Assembly: GCA_963843525.1 (NCBI GenBank)
Contig: CAWJKM010000002.1
Span: 209,913-273,912 of the forward strand
DNA: 64,000 nucleotides
Direction: 5' to 3'
From: Ignavibacteriota bacterium
GTDB lineage: Bacteria; Bacteroidota; Ignavibacteria; UBA10030; UBA6906
A program made the translations under genes and the position numbers. Shown here piece after piece: positions 10,731 through 20,928 of this stretch. The notes below the pieces were generated by a model. It was given only the letters and a program-made list of their open reading frames with translations, was not told where the DNA came from and made no database searches. Numbering within the stretch: the stretch's first letter is position 1; each line of letters starts with the position of its first letter.

Positions 10731-11687
10731 ATGGATCGAGGACTGGAAGGAAATCTTCGTCGACTCGTGACATGGTTGCTGAAGGGCGACCCTGCCATCC
10801 GCTGGCAGGTAATGCGCGACCTTCAGAGTGAACCCGAAGCCAAATGGATGGCAGAACAACGTCGTATCGCCGTCCAGGGATGGGGCGCTCGAATCCTCGC
10901 ACACCAGGATGAAGACGGCCGCTGGACACCCCGCTTCTATGGCCAGAAGTGGATCTCGACAACCTACGCGATGCTGTTGCTTCGTGATATGGGACTTGCC
11001 CATGACTACCGGGGTGCACGCAAAAGCTGTCTTCTCTTCCTGAATGAAGGACTGGGGGTCGATGGAGGAATCGTTCCTTCACGCTCATTTGGACGAAGCG
11101 AAGAGTGTGTCACCGGATTCGCTCTCAGGCTCCTCTCGTGGTTTCGGGTCGAGGACGAGCGCCGTGAGCGGGTCGTCGAATACTTGCTTCGCCGACAGAT
11201 GAGCGATGGCGGTTGGAACTGCCAGCGCTATCGGGGAGCGACCCATAGCTCGTTTCACACAACAATCAATGTGCTTGAAGGACTGCGAGATTACGTCGAT
11301 GCCTCCGGCCCTCGCTTGAAGGAGGTGCTGAAAGCGGAAGCACGGGCCCGCGAGTTCTTCCTCAGGCACCGTCTGTACTGCTCGCATAGAACAGGTACAG
11401 TTGCCAAAACCTCTTTTACACTATTCTCCTTCCCCCCGCGTTGGCATCATGACGTTTTGAGAACGCTGGACTACTTCAGGGCATCCAACAGTGAATATGA
11501 TGAACGTCTGGAAGATCCAGTCGGTTTGGTTCTGAACAAACGCCGCGATGACGGCACCTGGGCACTTCAAAACCGGCATCCAGGACGGACGTTTTTTGAA
11601 ATGGAACAGCCGGGAGCGGCGAGCCGGTGGAACACTCTGAGGGCGATGCGGGTGCTTGGATGGTGGGATAACGTCAGACTTAAATAA
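10731..11687 (+). CDS. alpha/alpha-toroid repeat protein with QW motifs (prenyltransferase or terpene-cyclase-like)
   Basis: Repeated Q..DG.W motifs (QDEDGRWTP, RQMSDGGWNCQRY, KRRDDGTWAL) characteristic of prenyltransferase beta-subunit and squalene-cyclase repeats. Confidence 0.5.
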   Translation: MDRGLEGNLRRLVTWLLKGDPAIRWQVMRDLQSEPEAKWMAEQRRIAVQGWGARILAHQDEDGRWTPRFYGQKWISTTYAMLLLRDMGLAHDYRGARKSCLLFLNEGLGVDGGIVPSRSFGRSEECVTGFALRLLSWFRVEDERRERVVEYLLRRQMSDGGWNCQRYRGATHSSFHTTINVLEGLRDYVDASGPRLKEVLKAEARAREFFLRHRLYCSHRTGTVAKTSFTLFSFPPRWHHDVLRTLDYFRASNSEYDERLEDPVGLVLNKRRDDGTWALQNRHPGRTFFEMEQPGAASRWNTLRAMRVLGWWDNVRLK

Positions 11688-11698
11688 GGCGTGGACTC

Positions 11699-12160
11699 GT
11701 GAACATCCTGGGAATTGGACCGCTGCTGGCCATCGTCGGCGGATCGGCCTTTGGAGTGCTCATCGTCGTCGAAACTCTCTTCGAACTTAGAATCGATCTC
11801 CCTTCACCATGGAGGGAAATCTCACTCCTGGTGGGTATTGGCCTCATTTTCATCGGTGTTATCCTCTGGGTTCTTTCGGCCATAGCGGTCGAGCGCGCTT
11901 TCAAGCACCATCGGTTGGAAACGGGAGGCGTTTATCGGCTTTGTCGAAACCCGTTATACGCAGCGTTTATCGTTTTCATCGTCCCGGGACTCGCGTTCGC
12001 GCTCTTCGATCCATTTGTTCTCCTTGTGTCGGTGGTGACCGGTGCTGCCTTCAAGCTCCGGATCGGGAAGGAAGAGGAGTTTCTTCAACGCGAGTATGGA
12101 GAAGAGTATACAAGATATGCCGAAAAGGTGGCACAACTCGTACCGTTTGTGAAAGTCTGA
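11699..12160 (+). CDS. isoprenylcysteine carboxyl methyltransferase (ICMT/PEMT) family membrane methyltransferase
   Basis: ETGGVYRLCRNPLYAA...EEEFLQREYGEEYTRY signature of the ICMT/phospholipid methyltransferase family. Confidence 0.75.
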   Translation: MNILGIGPLLAIVGGSAFGVLIVVETLFELRIDLPSPWREISLLVGIGLIFIGVILWVLSAIAVERAFKHHRLETGGVYRLCRNPLYAAFIVFIVPGLAFALFDPFVLLVSVVTGAAFKLRIGKEEEFLQREYGEEYTRYAEKVAQLVPFVKV

Positions 12161-12243
12161 TCGACTGCCCGACGGTTGTCCCACCGTTGCTGATATGGGT
12201 TCGAAGGAGTGCCTTCACCGCGAATGGAGACCAGAGGTGGCTG

Positions 12244-13284
12244 TTAGTCGAACCGGTACTTCCTGTAGGTCTGGACGCTTTCTTCGAGCACGACTTTCAG
12301 GAAGCCCATGAACGGCACGATGAAGAGCATTCCGATGATTCCGAAAAAATGTCCCGCAACAAGGATCCCCAGTGCTACCGCAACGGGGTGAAGGTCGACA
12401 CTCTTGCCGACCGCCATCGGCTGCACCAGGACATCGTCGATCAGTTTCAAGGCTCCAAAGACGATAATCACGGAGACCACACGGCTAATATCCCCCTGTT
12501 CAACAAGGACCGCGGCGACCGCTGCGGAGGCGCCCGCAATCGGACCGACAAACGGAATCAGGTTGGCGAGGCCGGCAAAGATTCCGATGAAGACAAAGTA
12601 GGGAACTCCCAGAATCCAGAGTGCAATCGTCGTCAAGGCCCCAAACACCAGCGCATCAATAAACTGTCCGCGGAGATAGTTGCCGAGCTGAACGTCCATC
12701 TTGTAGAGGAGGTCCATCGCGAATTCAAAATACCTGTTGGGCACCTGACCGATGAAGTAGCGTTTGATATGACTTCCGTCCTTCAGAAAAAAGAACATCA
12801 GAAACGGCGTCATGATCATCCCGATAGCGAAGGAAATCGAGCCTTCGAGAACGGCCCCCGGGATCCGCTCTGCAAATCCGATTTTGAGTCGATGGACCTC
12901 CGCGTTCAGGTCGATCCTCCCGAATCCGAGATAGTCGAACCGGTCATCGAGGAGAGCCTGGATGCTCGCGACTACTTTATGCGCCTGTCCGGAAGCGTTG
13001 CCGGTTTTCAATGCACGGATCTGTTCGATGGCAATGGGGGAGAGCAGGAACCACAGGAGGGCCACCGCCCCGACGACCGCGATGAGCAACAGACCGGCCG
13101 CGATCCCACGGTGTACCCCGCGGTATTCCAGTCTGGTGACGAGCGGGTTCAGGATATAGGAGAGCAGGACAGCAATGGCCACAATCTCCGCCACGCCGCC
13201 CACGTACAGGACAACGATGAGCAGGAGAATCGTGGTAAACAATGCCATCAACTGAAACGTATGTCGTCCCTGCGTTCCCTGCAT
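12244..13284 (-). CDS. AI-2E family transporter (PerM/YhhT-like)
   Basis: Multi-TM protein with the AI-2E motif NLIPFVGPIAGASAAV. The ORF extends to 13332, but the likely start is MQGTQG at about 13284. Confidence 0.8.
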   Translation of the reverse strand: MQGTQGRHTFQLMALFTTILLLIVVLYVGGVAEIVAIAVLLSYILNPLVTRLEYRGVHRGIAAGLLLIAVVGAVALLWFLLSPIAIEQIRALKTGNASGQAHKVVASIQALLDDRFDYLGFGRIDLNAEVHRLKIGFAERIPGAVLEGSISFAIGMIMTPFLMFFFLKDGSHIKRYFIGQVPNRYFEFAMDLLYKMDVQLGNYLRGQFIDALVFGALTTIALWILGVPYFVFIGIFAGLANLIPFVGPIAGASAAVAAVLVEQGDISRVVSVIIVFGALKLIDDVLVQPMAVGKSVDLHPVAVALGILVAGHFFGIIGMLFIVPFMGFLKVVLEESVQTYRKYRFD

Positions 13285-13291
13285 GCCGTCT

Positions 13292-13831
13292 TTACCGATC
13301 TTCTGATGTTTTGGCACGCTTGACGGAATCAAGTTCCACTGTCAGTGCGGTGACCCAATCGTCAGCCTGACGGAGCCGGCTGCCGATGTGGCGCGCGATA
13401 CGGAGAACAATTTTCAGCCCCAGGCGCGGATTGCGGTCGATAAGTTCGAACAGATCCGGCTGAAAGAATCCGAGCACGGTGCAGTTTGTCCTGGCGACTG
13501 CCGACGCTGATCGCGGGCCTTCGTCCAGGAGAGCCACCTCGCCGAAGAAATCGCCATCCTGCATTTCAAAGAGCTGTTGATTTTCAGGCTCTGATATGAT
13601 TGCAACCTTTCCTTCCTGGACGACGTACATGCCCATCCCCGGTTCACCCTGGCGGAAGATAATTTCGTCGGGAAGATAATCGCGCCGGTGGAGAATGCGA
13701 TCAACCGAGATGAGTTCTCTCCGGTTCAGATTTTGGAAGATAGGCACGCGGGCAAGAAGTGCAAGGTGGCTTGTTCTGCTTTGTCCGTCGTTGATGCGCG
13801 CGCCGAGGAGACGGGCCCATGGAGTAGTCAT
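13292..13831 (-). CDS. cyclic nucleotide-binding domain protein
   Basis: cNMP-binding beta-barrel signature (IIFRQGEPG..MYVVQEGKV...GDFFGEVALLDEGPRSASAVA). Confidence 0.75.
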   Translation of the reverse strand: MTTPWARLLGARINDGQSRTSHLALLARVPIFQNLNRRELISVDRILHRRDYLPDEIIFRQGEPGMGMYVVQEGKVAIISEPENQQLFEMQDGDFFGEVALLDEGPRSASAVARTNCTVLGFFQPDLFELIDRNPRLGLKIVLRIARHIGSRLRQADDWVTALTVELDSVKRAKTSEDR

Positions 13832-14110
13832 GGTGGAAGATCCTGGTTCGGTGGATGCGTTGGGCGTGACGGAGGGGGGAGATGCTGTTACTGTCGACCC
13901 CCGTCTATATAGCCGAAAAAGTGGAAGAAAATCAATTGATGCGGATGAAGTTTGAGTGGCGGGAACTGCTCGACGGCAGAGCTCCGAGAGTGGAGACCCG
14001 GGGTGTTTTCCCAGGCTTTTTTCACGTATCGTGAATTATCTCGCGAAAACGTGGCGCAAGAGGCTTGAATCCTGCGAAATCACTCTAATCACAAAAAGAA
14101 TCATGATCGT

Positions 14111-14605
14111 TTGAGGAAGCAAATGAATTCTTCAGAGCCACAACAGGGGAGGATATTGTGGGGCAGGGCGATTTTAAACGGACTCATGGCCTGGGCTATT
14201 GGATTTGTGCTGTACCTGATTCCCGGGCTTGTCGTGGGGTTCCGTATGGGATTTGATCTGGGTCCGAAACTGCAGGATAGCTCAGCGGTAAGCCAGCAGA
14301 TCGGTCAGACCGTATCTGCGATGTACCGCGAGAACGTTTATCTGATGGCAGCCTACATGGTTGTCATGGCGGTGCTGGTGTTCTGGCGCGCGCGCGCGAT
14401 CTCCCGAAAATCCCCGGGCAGAGCGGTCATCCATGGCGCAATTGTCGGTGCAGTCCCGGCGGTTATTGCAATTGTCTCGCTTGCTGCGGGGAAGGGAAAT
14501 TATCTCTCTGTCATTGAAGCGGTCGTCTACCTTCTCGTCGGGGCGCTCGCAGGAAACATGCGAAAGGATCAATCCGCTGTTCCCATGGAGCCTCCGGTGT
14601 TGTAA
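14111..14605 (+). CDS. hypothetical membrane protein
   Basis: Four predicted hydrophobic helices; no recognisable motif. Confidence 0.4.
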   Translation: MRKQMNSSEPQQGRILWGRAILNGLMAWAIGFVLYLIPGLVVGFRMGFDLGPKLQDSSAVSQQIGQTVSAMYRENVYLMAAYMVVMAVLVFWRARAISRKSPGRAVIHGAIVGAVPAVIAIVSLAAGKGNYLSVIEAVVYLLVGALAGNMRKDQSAVPMEPPVL

Positions 14606-14637
14606 GAGTCGACCCTTTCCGTCGTGCGTGCAGCACT

Positions 14638-14928
14638 TCACAATTTAATTGCATCGCCTTCACCAAACCATGATTCCGTGTCCCATCGGAACAAGAAGAA
14701 GAGCTGCCACCACCGGTGCTTTGTCTGGCCGTACCGGAAGCTCATCACCGCATCCGCCCCCCGACGTTTGGCCTTGTGAGAAAGTCTGGCTTTTACTTCC
14801 CCGAGGTTGGCATTCTGACGCGATATCTCGACACGGAGATGTTTGAGAACCGTCGCTCCCGGAATTCGTTCCTCCGTGAAGAAAACCTCGTTCAGAATCG
14901 TTCCGCTGACTCCGGCTCGTTGTTCCAT
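14638..14928 (-). CDS. YbjQ/UPF0145-like small protein
   Basis: FFTEERIPGATVLKHLRVEI ... RRGADAVM resembles the DUF74/YbjQ pattern; shares a TAATG stop/start overlap with the upstream gene. Confidence 0.45.
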   Translation of the reverse strand: MEQRAGVSGTILNEVFFTEERIPGATVLKHLRVEISRQNANLGEVKARLSHKAKRRGADAVMSFRYGQTKHRWWQLFFLFRWDTESWFGEGDAIKL

Positions 14929-15119
14929 TATTTATTCCGTTCAAATATGACGATGATTTCCTGACGTGCGCTCCCGACCGATGAAATATCGGCAGTGGCG
15001 ACACTGATGACGGCCCACCCCTGTTCAGCGTAAGAGTTGATGGCCGCTTCGAGCTTTTCCGGATCAAACTTGCCCCCGAAAAACCGGTCCTTCTGGGTCA
15101 TCACCTTGTATTCTTTCAT
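14928..15119 (-). CDS. DUF4177-like small protein
   Basis: MKEYKVMTQKDRFFGGKFDPEKLEAAINSYAEQGWAVISV matches the DUF4177 pattern. The internal ATG at 15119 was used; the track ORF extends to 15548. Confidence 0.5.
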   Translation of the reverse strand: MKEYKVMTQKDRFFGGKFDPEKLEAAINSYAEQGWAVISVATADISSVGSARQEIIVIFERNK

Positions 15120-15226
15120 CGCATCTCCCTGAGTGGTTAAGTGACAGTAAGACAGCTGGCGGGCTGGTCGTTCGCTGTTCGTTCCCGGCAGGGATGTCGC
15201 AGCAAGGCGCCCTGCAGATGGCTGGA

Positions 15227-15760
15227 TTATCCGGCATCGTAGGACCGGAGTTGCGAGGCGAGCAAAGCGCCGCCCCTGATGGTGGCAAGCAGGTAGATCG
15301 TGCCCGGGATTCCGAACCAAAACCAGAAGGTCTCCGGATACTCGAGGGATGCGCGAGCACCGAATGTCAGAACAACTATGACATACCCCGCGAGGAGGAA
15401 CGCGCACCCGGCCGCCAATGCGACAAGCATTCCTTTGACACGGTACAGGCGTTTTTTGATTCCGCGGGTCAACCAACTGACGGCGATTGCCGTTATGACC
15501 CCGACAATGCAGGACACCATCGACAACAGCAGCCCGAATATCGAACAAAGATACGCGAGCGTTATTCCGTTTTCAAGCAGTGTGGGCCAGAGAACAGCGG
15601 GGTCGGAAGCCCCTGCAATGAACAGCGATGATCTGACAATCGCATAGATCGCAAAACCGAAGGAGTAAACGAACGACAGTGCAACTCCCACCAGACAACC
15701 CGTTGTCGCGGCAGATTTGACGGTTGTCCCTCGAGGGGCTTGGAGTGACTGCGAGTTCAT
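15227..15760 (-). CDS. hypothetical membrane protein
   Basis: Hydrophobic, multi-TM protein; overlaps the upstream gene by 4 nt. Confidence 0.4.
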   Translation of the reverse strand: MNSQSLQAPRGTTVKSAATTGCLVGVALSFVYSFGFAIYAIVRSSLFIAGASDPAVLWPTLLENGITLAYLCSIFGLLLSMVSCIVGVITAIAVSWLTRGIKKRLYRVKGMLVALAAGCAFLLAGYVIVVLTFGARASLEYPETFWFWFGIPGTIYLLATIRGGALLASQLRSYDAG

Positions 15761-16371
15761 TGTCCGATTCTCCCCTCCGCCCGGGCCTTTACCCCCAGCA
15801 TCTCGCCGCTTTCCATGACAAAGTGTGCGGGCTCAAAAATCCCATAGTACAGCCAGCGGTTCATTCTTCCGGTTTCGACATCGGTTGAGGGATATCGCAC
15901 GATTAATCGTGTCGTCTCTGCACCGACCGGGATCAGCGCAAAAGTCCACCCTCCGAAACAGAGAGCTTGATCGGGGTAGAGCAACGTGACGGTGACCGTT
16001 GGACCCTTTTCCTGAAGGGACAGCCTGTCGCCCCGGTTGAGGGTCTGGTATTCCGGTTGGATCCGATCGGCGTTGTGCATATCTGCTGCGAAGAGGTTCT
16101 CGAGCCAGGTATAGCTGTAGAATCCTCCGCGGCGTTGTCCCATCTGGACGAGCCATTGCCACACAACGGATGGCGGCGCGTGAATGGTGATCGCCCGTGT
16201 GGACGTATTTGCGTTGGGGGGATAGAAAAAATCTCCCGGGAGGCCCAGGGCAATTTCGTCAGCGGTCGCCCCCCAACGCATATGGAGTGGCCGGACGTAC
16301 CAGAAGTACACGGAGATCCACACAGCTGAAGAGATGAGAAACGCCGCAACGATCCGTTGAAGGGTTTTCAT
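15757..16371 (-). CDS. SRPBCC-like protein with an N-terminal TM anchor
   Basis: TM helix followed by ...ITIHAPPSVVWQWLVQMGQRRGGFYSYTWLENL, which resembles the polyketide-cyclase/SRPBCC fold family. Confidence 0.4.
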   Translation of the reverse strand: MKTLQRIVAAFLISSAVWISVYFWYVRPLHMRWGATADEIALGLPGDFFYPPNANTSTRAITIHAPPSVVWQWLVQMGQRRGGFYSYTWLENLFAADMHNADRIQPEYQTLNRGDRLSLQEKGPTVTVTLLYPDQALCFGGWTFALIPVGAETTRLIVRYPSTDVETGRMNRWLYYGIFEPAHFVMESGEMLGVKARAEGRIGQ

Positions 16372-16411
16372 AGAGCAGGGATTAAAGAAGGATGCATTGA
16401 ACCCGGTTCCA

Positions 16412-17998
16412 TCATTCCTCGAGTATCCATCTCCTCGCGCGTTCCATTACCGCATCGACACCCGCCTGGTCGTTCTCCGGGGACTGCCGCACTTCAATAT
16501 CCGGCATGACGCCATGGTGATCCCCACTGTCCCCGTTGGCTCGCACAAAATAGGCGGAGGAGACTCCCACCAGTAACCGCGTGTTCGGCAAATCAAACGG
16601 ATAGACTTCCCCAAAGGCATTCGGAATGCCGCCCGTTTCCTCGCCGATGAGTGTTGCAAGGTGATAGTCGGCCACCGCGTTTGCCAGCATCATCGCGCTC
16701 GAGAAGGTTTTCGGGCCGATCAGGAAGCAGGTTTTTCCGCGGAAGCGCAAGGAGTTGGTATCCGGCGTTTCAGGGGCAGACGTATCGATGACGATCGCAC
16801 CGTCGTCCGCCCCCAAATACTTCCGTGCTTCTGCGCTCACCCAGGTGAGGGGCATCCAGCGGATCCACCACGGCAAATGCAGGCGGAGATACGTTTTGTA
16901 CTCGGCGCTCATCTTCCACTCCTTCCGTTGCGCGCTCCTGAACGATGAATCTGTCAGGAACGACAGAAGCGCATCTCCCAACCGTGAATCTCCTCCGCCG
17001 TTGTTCCGCAGATCGATAATCAGGCCGCGTGGAGGGTTGATCTGGAAACCTGCGAAGGTCGTCAACAGGAATTTGTTGAACCGATCGAAGTTTACCATCG
17101 CCCGGAAGTTGATGTATCCGATCTTCTCTCCGGTTCTTTCAAGCTGATAGGGAAGACCTGATCCCATCTCCTTCGCCAGGAGGGAATCCCGCCGCGTCAT
17201 CTCGGCGCGACTGACACCATCAATATGGCGGTTCGTCTGCTCCCGCGACCCGCGCAATTGAACAAGGAGTTCGTACGGCGGATCGATCCGGTGTAACCAG
17301 AGCAAGAGTTGCATCCAGCTCGCAACGCGGTGCTCCCTGTAGGATTTGCGTTCGCCACTGAAGCCCGCGAGGAACTGGCAGGCGAGAGAATCCATGGAGT
17401 AACCGTTGATCCTCACAATCCTGTCCCCCGGGACAAGCACAGTGACAGGATTGTAACACCGTGTAATGGTGACTCCCGTCTCCGATGAATAGTCGATAGC
17501 GAAGGGAAACAGGAGACCGCCGCCGGACTGGTAGGCCGAAAATTCTTCTGTCGGTGGAGAGACGCTTGTGTGGGCGTCTCCCACCAGTGCAGCCAGGGGG
17601 GCAACGCGCGTATAGAATGCGTCTCGCGTCAGCGGAGTGGTCAGGTCTCTTTTGATCCGCCAACGTGCGGAATCGATTCGGGATTTCGGCGTGGAGGCGT
17701 AGAGGTTTGGATGAACATCCTGCATGACTCGCACGAGACGGTCGACGTCGCGTCGCAACTCCTCAGGCGGGAACTCCTTTCCGAATTCCTCGGGGGAATA
17801 GGGTTGATGAACGCGGGGAGACTGGATCAACGACGCGCAACCCGCGAACAGGAGCATCAGAGCGGCGACGCTGCAGGAAGCGGCACACACCTTTAGATCC
17901 GGGCGGCTGCGCCGGCGATGCACAATGAATGGACGGAAGACAAACGCCGCGAAATTGCGGTCCAACGGGAAACAATTGTACGCCATGGGATACTCCAC
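16412..17998 (-). CDS. S41 family peptidase (tail-specific protease-like)
   Basis: LIIDLRNNGGGDS and GPKTFSSAMMLANA catalytic Ser/Lys regions. Confidence 0.8.
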   Translation of the reverse strand: MEYPMAYNCFPLDRNFAAFVFRPFIVHRRRSRPDLKVCAASCSVAALMLLFAGCASLIQSPRVHQPYSPEEFGKEFPPEELRRDVDRLVRVMQDVHPNLYASTPKSRIDSARWRIKRDLTTPLTRDAFYTRVAPLAALVGDAHTSVSPPTEEFSAYQSGGGLLFPFAIDYSSETGVTITRCYNPVTVLVPGDRIVRINGYSMDSLACQFLAGFSGERKSYREHRVASWMQLLLWLHRIDPPYELLVQLRGSREQTNRHIDGVSRAEMTRRDSLLAKEMGSGLPYQLERTGEKIGYINFRAMVNFDRFNKFLLTTFAGFQINPPRGLIIDLRNNGGGDSRLGDALLSFLTDSSFRSAQRKEWKMSAEYKTYLRLHLPWWIRWMPLTWVSAEARKYLGADDGAIVIDTSAPETPDTNSLRFRGKTCFLIGPKTFSSAMMLANAVADYHLATLIGEETGGIPNAFGEVYPFDLPNTRLLVGVSSAYFVRANGDSGDHHGVMPDIEVRQSPENDQAGVDAVMERARRWILEE

Positions 17999-18034
17999 GA
18001 ATCGTTGGACTATCCCCCGGGGGGTGAGTGTTCT

Positions 18035-19531
18035 CTATTTGAAGAGGTCCTCCACCTTCATCACCTTCACGTTTCCGACCTTGACCGGATACTTCTCGAT
18101 CACCTTGTCCTCTTTCAGGACGCTCTCCGGTTTCGGCGTCTTGTACGTGATCGGGCTCGGGGCGTCATTGAGGAGGGCCTGCTTCCAGGACTCCGCATCC
18201 TTTGTCACCACGGCGATCTCCATGTTGCCATAGTGGAAGTGCTTCCTGATCGCGGTATTGACTTCTTTGAGCGTCATCGACTTCAATGCGGTGCGATAAT
18301 TCTGAAGATGGCTCCCCTTGATGCCATAGAATCGATCGTCGAGAGCGTAGCCGAGGCGTTCCATCGTTGTCGGTGCGAAATGAAGGATGTACTTCGAAAG
18401 GAAACTGCGCGTAAGCTCGAACTCCTGTTGCGTCATGCCGTGGTCCACGAGATGCTTGTATTCGTGGAGTGCCGCGCGCAGGGCAAAAAAGCGTGTCTCG
18501 TTCGGCACGGGCCGGATCCAGATTTCAAAGATCTGTTGCCGGCGTGCGACGTTTTGCGGGGGTACGGTCCGCATTCCTCCGTTCGGAAAATGTTCGATAT
18601 ACGCATAATCACCGTAGTTGAGTCCCCGTTGTTCGCGGATCACCTGGTACAGGTGACTGCTCGAATTCCGGTGCTCCCCCAACCAGGAAGTGGCAAGGGC
18701 AAGCGGATACCAGTCTTTTTGTCCCCGCAGCACATCGAGGGGAAATCCGATGCTGATGGCGGTTGCCGGTGCATCCTTGTCTACCATGACCACATTGAAT
18801 CCCTTCTCTGCTTTCGGGGCGGGTTTCGGGGCGATAGGTGGCGTGCCCGGGGGAAGTTCCGCCAGATCTTTTTTGAGCATGTCGAGCAGTGCCTGATCAT
18901 AGCCGCCGCCCAACCCGATGACGACATTCCCTTCTGTGTAATACTTTCCATAAAATGCACGGACATCATCGAGCGTGATGCTCTTCACGCTGGATACCAG
19001 CCCCTCGTGAATATGTCCATACCCTGTTCCGGCAAAGATCGTGGTATACAAGAGCGCCTTCCCCAATTCTTCGTCGCTCGAATAGCGGAGTTGATTCTCC
19101 AGGTAATTGATCGCCTGGCTCTTCAGGCGGTCAAGATCATCCTGGTGGAAGGCGGGACGCAGGATGGCATCCATGAGAAGAGGGTAGTAGTCCTTCAAAT
19201 TGTCCTTGTGGACGCGTCCCGCGATTACCACCTGTTCGACGGACACCGAAGCGGAGTATGCCGCGGCAAGCGGATACAACCGGTCGAGAATATCCTCGTA
19301 GGAATTCTTCCGGGTCGCAGCGTCGGTGAGCATCCCCGCGGTGATGGCAGCAAGGCCTTCCTTTCCCGCCGGGTCGTTTTGTGACCCCGCCAGAAATTCA
19401 ATCTTGAAAGATATCGTGGGGTCGTTGGTGACCGGGAGCAACACAAATCGTGAGTTCGACACGACAGACCCTCCCTGAGAGATGGAAACTGCAAGGAAAA
19501 ACAGCGCGGTGAAACAGAGTCGGGTGTTCAT
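18035..19531 (-). CDS. M16 family peptidase, non-catalytic-type subunit
   Basis: M16 (insulinase) fold similarity and a signal peptide; lacks HxxEH; overlaps the upstream partner by 4 nt. Confidence 0.7.
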   Translation of the reverse strand: MNTRLCFTALFFLAVSISQGGSVVSNSRFVLLPVTNDPTISFKIEFLAGSQNDPAGKEGLAAITAGMLTDAATRKNSYEDILDRLYPLAAAYSASVSVEQVVIAGRVHKDNLKDYYPLLMDAILRPAFHQDDLDRLKSQAINYLENQLRYSSDEELGKALLYTTIFAGTGYGHIHEGLVSSVKSITLDDVRAFYGKYYTEGNVVIGLGGGYDQALLDMLKKDLAELPPGTPPIAPKPAPKAEKGFNVVMVDKDAPATAISIGFPLDVLRGQKDWYPLALATSWLGEHRNSSSHLYQVIREQRGLNYGDYAYIEHFPNGGMRTVPPQNVARRQQIFEIWIRPVPNETRFFALRAALHEYKHLVDHGMTQQEFELTRSFLSKYILHFAPTTMERLGYALDDRFYGIKGSHLQNYRTALKSMTLKEVNTAIRKHFHYGNMEIAVVTKDAESWKQALLNDAPSPITYKTPKPESVLKEDKVIEKYPVKVGNVKVMKVEDLFK

Positions 19532-20928
19532 TGGTGGGCTCCTTCCAGAACGACCACGGTTCTGTGTTCAGGCACAAAGAACAACTTCGCAGCGGCCATG
19601 ATATCGTCCGCCGTGATGCTCGCCATCTTCGTGTAGAGGGTGTCGATTGCTCCCAATCCGCCCGTCAGCGCCACGGTGCGGGCGACCCCGCCGGCGACGT
19701 GGTCCGGCGTGTCGAGGTGCATCAGAAAACCGTACTTCTGGCGCCGTTGAAGATCGTCCAGCCGCTTCGCATTGACCGGAGTTGTTTGATATTGGTGGAT
19801 GGTCTTGTAGACCTCATCGCGAACATAGGGGACGTCTTTTGCGTCCTTCACCATGGCGTAGATCTCGAAGAGGGGGACGTCGCGGTTCATGGGGATGGAT
19901 GACTGGATAAACTCCACCTTCTGCTCTTTGATATAGAGTTTCTTGTAAATCTCGCTTGTCTCCCCGAAGGCAAGATCACCGAGAAGCAGCGCCGCGACAT
20001 AGTCCGTGTTGGTCGGGTCAAATGCGTCCCCTTTGTAGGCAATATCGATGATCGGAAGAGTCTTGCCGGGGTAATTGATCTCGGCACTCCGTTCGCCCTG
20101 TTGCGGCGGTTCGGAGGTCACCTTCGGGGCCTGATAGCCGGGCTGCCAGTCTCCGTAGTATTTTGTAATAAGATCCATCGTCTTCGCTTCATCGAAATCC
20201 CCCGCAATGACGATGACCACATTGTCGGGCCTGTAGAATCGATGGAAAAAGGAAAGACTGTATTCATACTGTTCAGGCATGGCCTTGATGTCGGCCTCGA
20301 ATCCGATTGTCGTATGCTTGTAGGTGTGGACGTCGTAGGCGAGGTCCTGCATCTTCTCGTTCAATACCGCAAAGGGGCTGGTGATGCTCTTGCGATACTC
20401 GCCGTAGACCGCGCCCGCTTCGGTCTGGAACGCCGGCTTTGCATACGACAGGTGCTCAAAGCGATCGCTTTCCAGCTCGATCACCCTTGCGAGGTCTTCG
20501 CTGGCGAAGTTGAGGTGGAATGCAGTGTAATCGTCGGTGGTATAAGCATTTGCATCGGCGCCGATGGAGGTGATCAGGCTGTCATACACCCCCGCCGGAT
20601 ACTTCTCGGTGCCACGGAACATCATATGCTCGAAGAAATGAGCAAATCCCGATTTGCCCTTCTCAACCTCGTCACGGCTCCCCGTGCGGACGACGGAGTA
20701 GTAAGCCACGAGCCCGGGACTCTCCATGGGGATCATGATGACCCGGAGCCCATTGGGCAATACTTCAGTTCGATAGGAGTATGGAAAGATGGAATCAGTC
20801 ATTGCAGTACCTGCTCCAATGATGAGGAACAGCATCAGGATGATGCTGGTTCGAAGGGAAGACATAAGAGCGCTCCATCGTGAAAGGTTGGAATGTAGCA
20901 TTTCGATTGGTGAAACGGGTTGAAGCAA
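19528..20928 (-). CDS. M16 family zinc peptidase (insulinase/pitrilysin-like)
   Basis: Inverted zinc-binding motif GFAHFFEHMMFRGT; signal peptide. Confidence 0.85.
   Translation of the reverse strand: MLQPVSPIEMLHSNLSRWSALMSSLRTSIILMLFLIIGAGTAMTDSIFPYSYRTEVLPNGLRVIMIPMESPGLVAYYSVVRTGSRDEVEKGKSGFAHFFEHMMFRGTEKYPAGVYDSLITSIGADANAYTTDDYTAFHLNFASEDLARVIELESDRFEHLSYAKPAFQTEAGAVYGEYRKSITSPFAVLNEKMQDLAYDVHTYKHTTIGFEADIKAMPEQYEYSLSFFHRFYRPDNVVIVIAGDFDEAKTMDLITKYYGDWQPGYQAPKVTSEPPQQGERSAEINYPGKTLPIIDIAYKGDAFDPTNTDYVAALLLGDLAFGETSEIYKKLYIKEQKVEFIQSSIPMNRDVPLFEIYAMVKDAKDVPYVRDEVYKTIHQYQTTPVNAKRLDDLQRRQKYGFLMHLDTPDHVAGGVARTVALTGGLGAIDTLYTKMASITADDIMAAAKLFFVPEHRTVVVLEGAHQ

Noticed and set aside
11809-13323. 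504-aa ORF on the plus strand
   Set aside because: It lies antisense to the well-supported AI-2E transporter gene. Long antisense ORFs are expected in high-GC DNA, and it has no recognisable domain.
17918-19384. 488-aa plus-strand ORF
   Set aside because: It is antisense to the M16 peptidase gene and is a high-GC shadow ORF.
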